From contig CP091279.1 of NCBI GenBank assembly GCA_021650915.1, positions 2,460,001 to 2,492,000 of the forward strand: a stretch of 32,000 nt of DNA, read 5' to 3'. Under the pieces are notes generated by a model. It saw only the letters and a program-made list of their open reading frames with translations, made no database searches and was not told the DNA's origin. The translations under genes and the position numbers were made by a program. Source of the DNA: Candidatus Brocadia sp. (GTDB taxonomy: Bacteria; Planctomycetota; Brocadiia; Brocadiales; Brocadiaceae). Below are positions 27,551 to 32,000 of the stretch, piece after piece (position 1 is the stretch's first letter; each line of letters starts with the position of its first letter).

Positions 27551-27625
27551 GTAGGGGCGAAGCATTTGCTGTCCAGGATATAAAATGACATTCAAATTTA
27601 ATATCAGCAAATGCTTCGCCCCTAC
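27551..27625. repeat. 75-bp hairpin (palindromic) repeat element, copy 1
   Basis: Arms GTAGGGGCGAAGCATTTGC (27551-27569) and GCAAATGCTTCGCCCCTAC (27607-27625) are perfect reverse complements. They are identical to the arms at 30897-30970. The stem extends 2 bp further (TG/CA). The loop is unrelated to that of copy 2. Confidence 0.85.
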
Positions 27626-27780
27626 AACAAACATTGAAATTTCTATGCATAAATGTAACGCGACGAGGCTCGTCGCTCTGCAACCTTCGCTGGTTCAATC
27701 GCCCCCGATTGAGCCACAACATTTGGCATGAGTCATTATAACAGCACAAGTTCAAGCCTTAGAGTGCCATTCAAACTATA

Positions 27781-27805
27781 TGGTTCAATCTGCAAGATTG
27801 AACCA
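27781..27805. terminator. Hairpin with T-run; bidirectional terminator or 3' end of an unannotated plus-strand RNA
   Basis: TGGTTCAATC-tgcaa-GATTGAACCA is a 10-bp stem followed on the plus strand by GCTTTGAGTTTTTT. It lies 66 nt below the stop (27871) of the minus-strand TPR gene. A related hairpin, GGTTCAATC-gccccc-GATTGAGCC, occurs at 27692-27715. Confidence 0.35.
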
Positions 27806-27870
27806 GCTTTGAGTTTTTTAAATCATCCGTGTAATCTGTGGTTTCAAATGTTTTTCCCGGTCTCTGAGGC

Positions 27871-29400
27871 TTAGCCTTGCTCATTCCTGCAAAACAATGC
27901 CTTTTCATATTCATCCAGCGCTTCTTTTATTTTCCCGCTTTGCAGGTACGCGTTTCCCAGGCAACGATGGGCGGTATATGACGATGGCATCAATTCAACG
28001 GCCTTTTTCAGTGCAACAGTCGCCTCCTCGTGTTCCCCGTTTTTTGCATGCAACCATCCCAAACACAGATAGGCCTCGGGGTAATCCGGCTTTATCTCTA
28101 TAACATCCATTACCTCACGGAATTTTTGTTCAATCGAAGGTACCTTGCCGCGAATCCATCCGTAATTATTTACCGTCTCGTTTTTCCTTGACAGGGTATC
28201 CAAAGCCATGTTACCCGTCGTTATTGCCTCCGGGATCTGATCCTGAGAGGCGTAAAGAAAGGCCGTTAATGCCTGAATGTCGGCGTTTTCAGGCTCAATG
28301 CTCATTGCCCGTTCCACGATAGCTTTTGCCTCTTCGAACAAGTCGCACTGGACATAAACCCACCCAAGGACGGCATACATCGGGATATCATCCGGGTACT
28401 TGCATAAAACCTCTTTGCATATTTCCACCGCTTTCTCCGGTTCTCCCTTTTTACTGTATGCGCTTGCAAGCAGCCAATATGCCTTTTTATCTCCGGGAGA
28501 CAGCTTTATGGCGTCTCGTGCAATCGTTATTGCCGTATCATACCTGCAGGAACTCATGGATTGTTCGCCTTGCGTTATAAGGTTTTCCAGGAGGTTATCC
28601 CTGATTTTCTTTGCCGCACCTAACGCCTGCAATGCCTCGTTCAGCATCCGCTGGCGTGCATAAAAACACGCCAGGTAGACGTGTGTCTCCAGCCGTTCAG
28701 GTTCAAGGGAGATCGCCTTCCGCATGTCTGCAATGGACCTATCCGGCATCCCTTTCTCCCAGCGAACACAGGCCAATTTGATATAGGCCTCAACGCAATC
28801 GGGTTTCACCTGCAAAATATCTTCATATTCCCGTATAGCCTGATCAACCCCGGAAAGGGTTTCTTTTCCATCAACACGTTTCAGATTCAACGCCCTTGTA
28901 TATGCGGTGAGAGCGTCTCCCAGCCTTCCCAGTTGCACGGAAGAAAAGCCCATGACTTCATGCGCACCCGGAAAGTCGCCTATCAGATCAATAAAATCCT
29001 CAAACTCTGCCACGAACTCCCTGACCGCATCAGGAGTGTCTTTTGTCATAGGATAGTCAAAGGGCGTGTTTTGAAGGTCTGGATGTATCCGGATTACCGC
29101 CTGAAATTCTTCCACGGCGCGGGAAATCAACCCCTTCTGACTATAGGCCCATCCGAGATAGGCATGGGCTTCCACATAATCTGGATACCGTTCGGTTATC
29201 TTTTGTAAATCCGGTATGGCCTGGTCGATGAATCCTCTTTCTGCAGCGAGTCTGGCCCTTTCATACCGTGGTTTTTCCCAGATACCGAGAGGATGGTTGA
29301 TGCCTTTTGGTATTTCGGTGGCGCTGAGAGAAAAAAATAGCCCTTGCATAACAAGGGCTATCGCAGAAATAATGGCCGTTAATTTCACAATACGCGTCAT
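27871..29400 (-). CDS. Secreted TPR-repeat protein, co-operonic with amt
   Basis: 509 aa with a signal peptide (LTAIISAIALVMQGLFFSLSA). Many TPR-like units are present (AHAYLGWAYSQKG, AYIKLACVRWEKG, THVYLACFYARQR, AYWLLASAYSKKG, MYAVLGWVYVQCD, AYLCLGWLHAKNG, AHRCLGNAYLQSG). Its start lies 2 nt after the amt stop. Confidence 0.8.
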   Translation of the reverse strand: MTRIVKLTAIISAIALVMQGLFFSLSATEIPKGINHPLGIWEKPRYERARLAAERGFIDQAIPDLQKITERYPDYVEAHAYLGWAYSQKGLISRAVEEFQAVIRIHPDLQNTPFDYPMTKDTPDAVREFVAEFEDFIDLIGDFPGAHEVMGFSSVQLGRLGDALTAYTRALNLKRVDGKETLSGVDQAIREYEDILQVKPDCVEAYIKLACVRWEKGMPDRSIADMRKAISLEPERLETHVYLACFYARQRMLNEALQALGAAKKIRDNLLENLITQGEQSMSSCRYDTAITIARDAIKLSPGDKKAYWLLASAYSKKGEPEKAVEICKEVLCKYPDDIPMYAVLGWVYVQCDLFEEAKAIVERAMSIEPENADIQALTAFLYASQDQIPEAITTGNMALDTLSRKNETVNNYGWIRGKVPSIEQKFREVMDVIEIKPDYPEAYLCLGWLHAKNGEHEEATVALKKAVELMPSSYTAHRCLGNAYLQSGKIKEALDEYEKALFCRNEQG

Positions 29401-29402
29401 AC

Positions 29403-30722
29403 TTAATAACCTTTCATACCACCTGTCGAGACGAATTCCGGATAGGTCGGCGTCATGTGTTCTGAAATATCGAGTCCCATGGTCTCGTCTTCTTCACTCA
29501 CGCGCGCCAATCCTATCGCCTTCAGCCCACCGAAAATAATAATTGCGCACACACACGAGTAGGCGATACAGATGATAAAACCCAGCGCCTGTACGCCAAT
29601 ATGACAACTGATACCATGATAGACAGGCCGTATCAGACCCATAATGCCTGTGGCAATGCCCCCGATAGCGCCTGCGGTACAGTGTACCCCGCAGGTGCCA
29701 ACGGTATCGTCGATTCCTATTTTATCCAGAGACTTTACCACCAGTGGAATAATTCCTCCGCTGATTACCCCCACGACCAGAGCAAAACCGGGATGGGCAA
29801 AACCCACACCCGCACAGATAGACACCATGCCCGCTATCGCCCCGTTTCCCGTGGTGAGCGGATCGGGTTTCTTATTCACCAGCCAACCGCCAAACATTGA
29901 GCCCAGGATACCGCCAGCCATGCTCATCGTAACATTGATCGTCGTGGTCGGCAAATCGTTTACCAGGATATTGAGCATCTTCCGGGCAGTCTCCGCGCTG
30001 GTTGGCTCGCACAACGATCCAACCAACACCGACCCTACGTTAAAACCATAAAAACAGACACATAAGATAAATACCCCAAGCATCGTTTGTGAAACATTGT
30101 GTCCGGGGATGGTGTAACATTCTCCGCGGCCAAACTCAAACAACCAGGTCTTCCTGCTCATGCGTGCATACTTCTCCATTCGTGGCCCGATAATCATTGC
30201 GGCAATCAGGGCGGTCAATCCCCCCTGAAAATGCACCACCACCGAACCTGCATAATCCACATAACCCCACTGCAACAGCGGCCCTGCAGACCATGCCAGC
30301 CACCCAAAGAACGGATACATGAAACCACAATAGAGCACGACATAGATCAGATACGCCTTAAAGCTAAATCTTTCTGAGATGGAACCCGAGGCTATCGAGC
30401 AGGAAACCAGGCAAAACCCCCACATGGTAAACCAATGTCCATACACATTTAGCTTGTCCACGTGTCCCGGATCGGTCACCCCAAGAAGACAGTAATTCCA
30501 GTTACCGGAAAAAATGGCATATCCAAACAGCCACCAGACCAGGGAACCAAGCCCTATATTAGCGCAAATCTTCATGTAGACGTGGGTGGCATTTTTGGAC
30601 CGCACCTGCCCGCTCTCCAGGAATGCAAAGCCGGCCTGCATAAAAAAGACTAATATCCCGGTAATAATTAACCAAAAAATATAAACAATCAGAACAATGT
30701 CTCTTGCTAATATGTCTACCAT
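29403..30722 (-). CDS. amt: Ammonium transporter (Amt/MEP family)
   Basis: 440 aa from the ATG at 30722 (SD AAAGGAGGA 7 nt upstream). The track start at 30842 adds 40 aa without an SD. It is polytopic and carries Amt signatures: FFMQAGFAFLESGQVRSKN, DYAGSVVVHFQGG, VGTCGVHCTAGAIGG. Confidence 0.92.
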   Translation of the reverse strand: MVDILARDIVLIVYIFWLIITGILVFFMQAGFAFLESGQVRSKNATHVYMKICANIGLGSLVWWLFGYAIFSGNWNYCLLGVTDPGHVDKLNVYGHWFTMWGFCLVSCSIASGSISERFSFKAYLIYVVLYCGFMYPFFGWLAWSAGPLLQWGYVDYAGSVVVHFQGGLTALIAAMIIGPRMEKYARMSRKTWLFEFGRGECYTIPGHNVSQTMLGVFILCVCFYGFNVGSVLVGSLCEPTSAETARKMLNILVNDLPTTTINVTMSMAGGILGSMFGGWLVNKKPDPLTTGNGAIAGMVSICAGVGFAHPGFALVVGVISGGIIPLVVKSLDKIGIDDTVGTCGVHCTAGAIGGIATGIMGLIRPVYHGISCHIGVQALGFIICIAYSCVCAIIIFGGLKAIGLARVSEEDETMGLDISEHMTPTYPEFVSTGGMKGY

Positions 30723-30896
30723 CGGGCATCCTCCTTTTTCTAAGTGCATCAGATCACAGGTGCAGGGAAGCCATTTATCATGCTTCACCGCCCCAGAATA
30801 TACTACCACTATCATGAAAATAATCAATAGAATACTAGACAAGGTAACACTTTAGTTTTTTGAAAAATTACCATAATAACGATGTTGCCGCACTGT

Positions 30897-30970
30897 GTAG
30901 GGGCGAAGCATTTGCCATAAATTGGCACAAATCTGTTCACACCCCAAGCTGGCAAATGCTTCGCCCCTAC
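30897..30970. repeat. 74-bp hairpin (palindromic) repeat element, copy 2
   Basis: Arms GTAGGGGCGAAGCATTTGC (30897-30915) and GCAAATGCTTCGCCCCTAC (30952-30970) are identical to copy 1. The stem extends 2 bp through a different pair of bases (CA/TG). The loop sequence differs from copy 1. Confidence 0.85.
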
Positions 30971-31112
30971 TGAACAAGACGTTTCTTGGTATTTTCATTG
31001 AAACAGATGCAAAAAAATTATACGATAATAGGAAGCGCCGATGCATCCATTTCTTTTTAAATCCTGGATCCGGTGAAGGGAATTATCTCTTATTCAAAAT
31101 CCTCATGCGCAT

Positions 31113-31619
31113 ATGATAGAAGCGGCAAAACCAGACGAAATCATCGTGTCTCGACGGCGAATCCTCCTTGCTGCGGGGTGGGCCGGTATTGGAATATTTG
31201 TGACAACTTTATTGAGCGCCATAGCGCGGTTCTTCTTCCCCAGAACCATCATAGAGCCGCCCACGCGGTACAAGATCGGCTATCCCCCCCAATATTCCGA
31301 GGGAGTAAGCGAAAGGTTCAAGAAACAATTCAGGATATGGATTGTCAGAGAGGTCAACCGGCTTTACGTAATTGAGGCAAAATGCACCCACCTCGGCTGC
31401 ACCCCGAACTGGCTGGCGGCGGAAGGCAAATTCAAATGTCCCTGTCACGGGAGCGGGTTTACGCCGGATGGAATCAATATTGAGGGCCCTGCGCCAAGAC
31501 CGCTGGAAAGATTTAAGGTTGCATTGGACGCGGACGGACAAATTATCGTTGACGAAGCGATAAGATTCAGAGGAGAGCGTGGGGAATGGGAAAAGGCCGG
31601 TGCATTTTTAAAAGTATAA
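31113..31619 (+). CDS. Rieske [2Fe-2S] protein (cytochrome bc1/b6f-type subunit)
   Basis: 168 aa with a Tat-like signal and anchor (SRRRILLAAGWAGIGIFVTTLL). Both cluster-binding boxes are present: CTHLGC and CPCHGS. Confidence 0.88.
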   Translation: MIEAAKPDEIIVSRRRILLAAGWAGIGIFVTTLLSAIARFFFPRTIIEPPTRYKIGYPPQYSEGVSERFKKQFRIWIVREVNRLYVIEAKCTHLGCTPNWLAAEGKFKCPCHGSGFTPDGINIEGPAPRPLERFKVALDADGQIIVDEAIRFRGERGEWEKAGAFLKV

Positions 31620-31724
31620 ATTTCTAGCGACAGGGCGTGCCTTGCCATAGGGAGTAGACATTCTATGTCAAGCTCTTTTTTTCTAAAAGAAAAAAAGAAT
31701 TAAAAGTTCTTTAAAAAATCAAGA

Positions 31725-32000
31725 CTACAAAGCCATAGCCCAGGGGACATTTTTTGCCTTGAGATTTTGAATATGCACCGTTTCATCATAGGTTGTTCCC
31801 TGAGACCAAAGAGCAAAAAGGATTTTGATCCATTTTTTAGCGAGGTTGCGCAGGATGGTAGAATGATTTTGGTTTCTCTGCTTGTGGTAATCGTAGAATG
31901 CCCTTGCCCAGCGTGAGTGGTTGATACTGGTAAAAGCCCAATCACGAAATGTCCTTCTGAGGGGTTTTACGCAGGCGTAACGCAGAGATACCGTTCGCCA
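31725..32000 (-). CDS. IS110-family transposase, C-terminal 91 codons (5' part lies beyond the window)
   Basis: This is not in the ORF track because it has no in-window start. The minus-strand frame is open from nt 32000 to TAG at 31727-31725. It reads ...WAFTSINHSRWARAFYDYHKQRNQNHSTILRNLAKKWIKILFALWSQGTTYDETVH.... This matches the conserved C-terminal pattern of IS110/IS116/IS902-type transposases (FY...G.....A.RALA.KW..I....W......YDE). Confidence 0.75.
   Translation of the reverse strand, partial: WRTVSLRYACVKPLRRTFRDWAFTSINHSRWARAFYDYHKQRNQNHSTILRNLAKKWIKILFALWSQGTTYDETVHIQNLKAKNVPWAMAL

Noticed and set aside
27692-27715. tRNA fragment suggested by GGTTCAATC...GCCA (T-arm-like)
   Set aside because: No 5-bp T-stem with a 7-nt loop can be drawn, nor an acceptor stem or anticodon arm. 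The sequence is simply a 9-bp hairpin.
27510-27755. 81-aa minus-strand ORF, and the 64-aa ORF at 30852-31046
   Set aside because: Both run straight through the hairpin repeat, giving GEAFA.../...MLRPY-type peptides from the repeat arms. They lack an SD, so they are most likely translation artefacts of a non-coding repeat.
27551-30970. CRISPR array formed by the GTAGGGGCGAAGCATTTGC repeats with 36-37-nt intervening sequences
   Set aside because: Within each unit the repeats are inverted, not direct. Only two units exist, 3.3 kb apart with genes between them, and there are no cas genes.
31700-31945. 81-aa minus-strand ORF from the track
   Set aside because: It is in the wrong frame. The frame that stays open to the window edge, with its stop at 31725-31727, gives a recognisable IS110-family transposase C-terminus.

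Overview
This 32-kb window, mostly coded on the minus strand, reads as the core catabolic locus of an anaerobic ammonium-oxidising (anammox) planctomycete. It looks Brocadiales-like, but I cannot determine the genus by eye. The centre holds the hydrazine synthase genes in the order hzsB (beta-propeller), hzsC (dihaem, split by an apparent 1-nt deletion in a G-run) and hzsA (propeller plus 2 haem c). On the same strand follow an octahaem HAO-family gene (8 CXXCH, HOX-like), trpB-trpA, and a second octahaem HAO-family gene whose third haem site is CX4CH (HDH/HZO-like). Directly upstream of hzsB lie a dCache-HAMP-PAS histidine kinase, an NtrC-type sigma-54 activator, and a near-consensus -24/-12 promoter. 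The leaders of hzsB and both HAO genes share an extended Shine-Dalgarno-like G-rich motif about 100-117 nt upstream of their start codons. Left flank: a 5'-truncated zinc-ribbon/TPR/FGE-sulfatase protein and two secreted TPR proteins. Right flank: a PQQ-like beta-propeller protein, a XerC/D-family recombinase, and a c-di-GMP signalling operon (kinase, REC, REC-PAS-GGDEF-EAL). It continues with an amt-TPR operon bracketed by two copies of a 74-75 bp hairpin repeat, a lone Rieske Fe-S gene, and the 3' end of an IS110-family transposase that the ORF track missed. Functional calls come from motifs read by eye and remembered family knowledge; no database search was possible.
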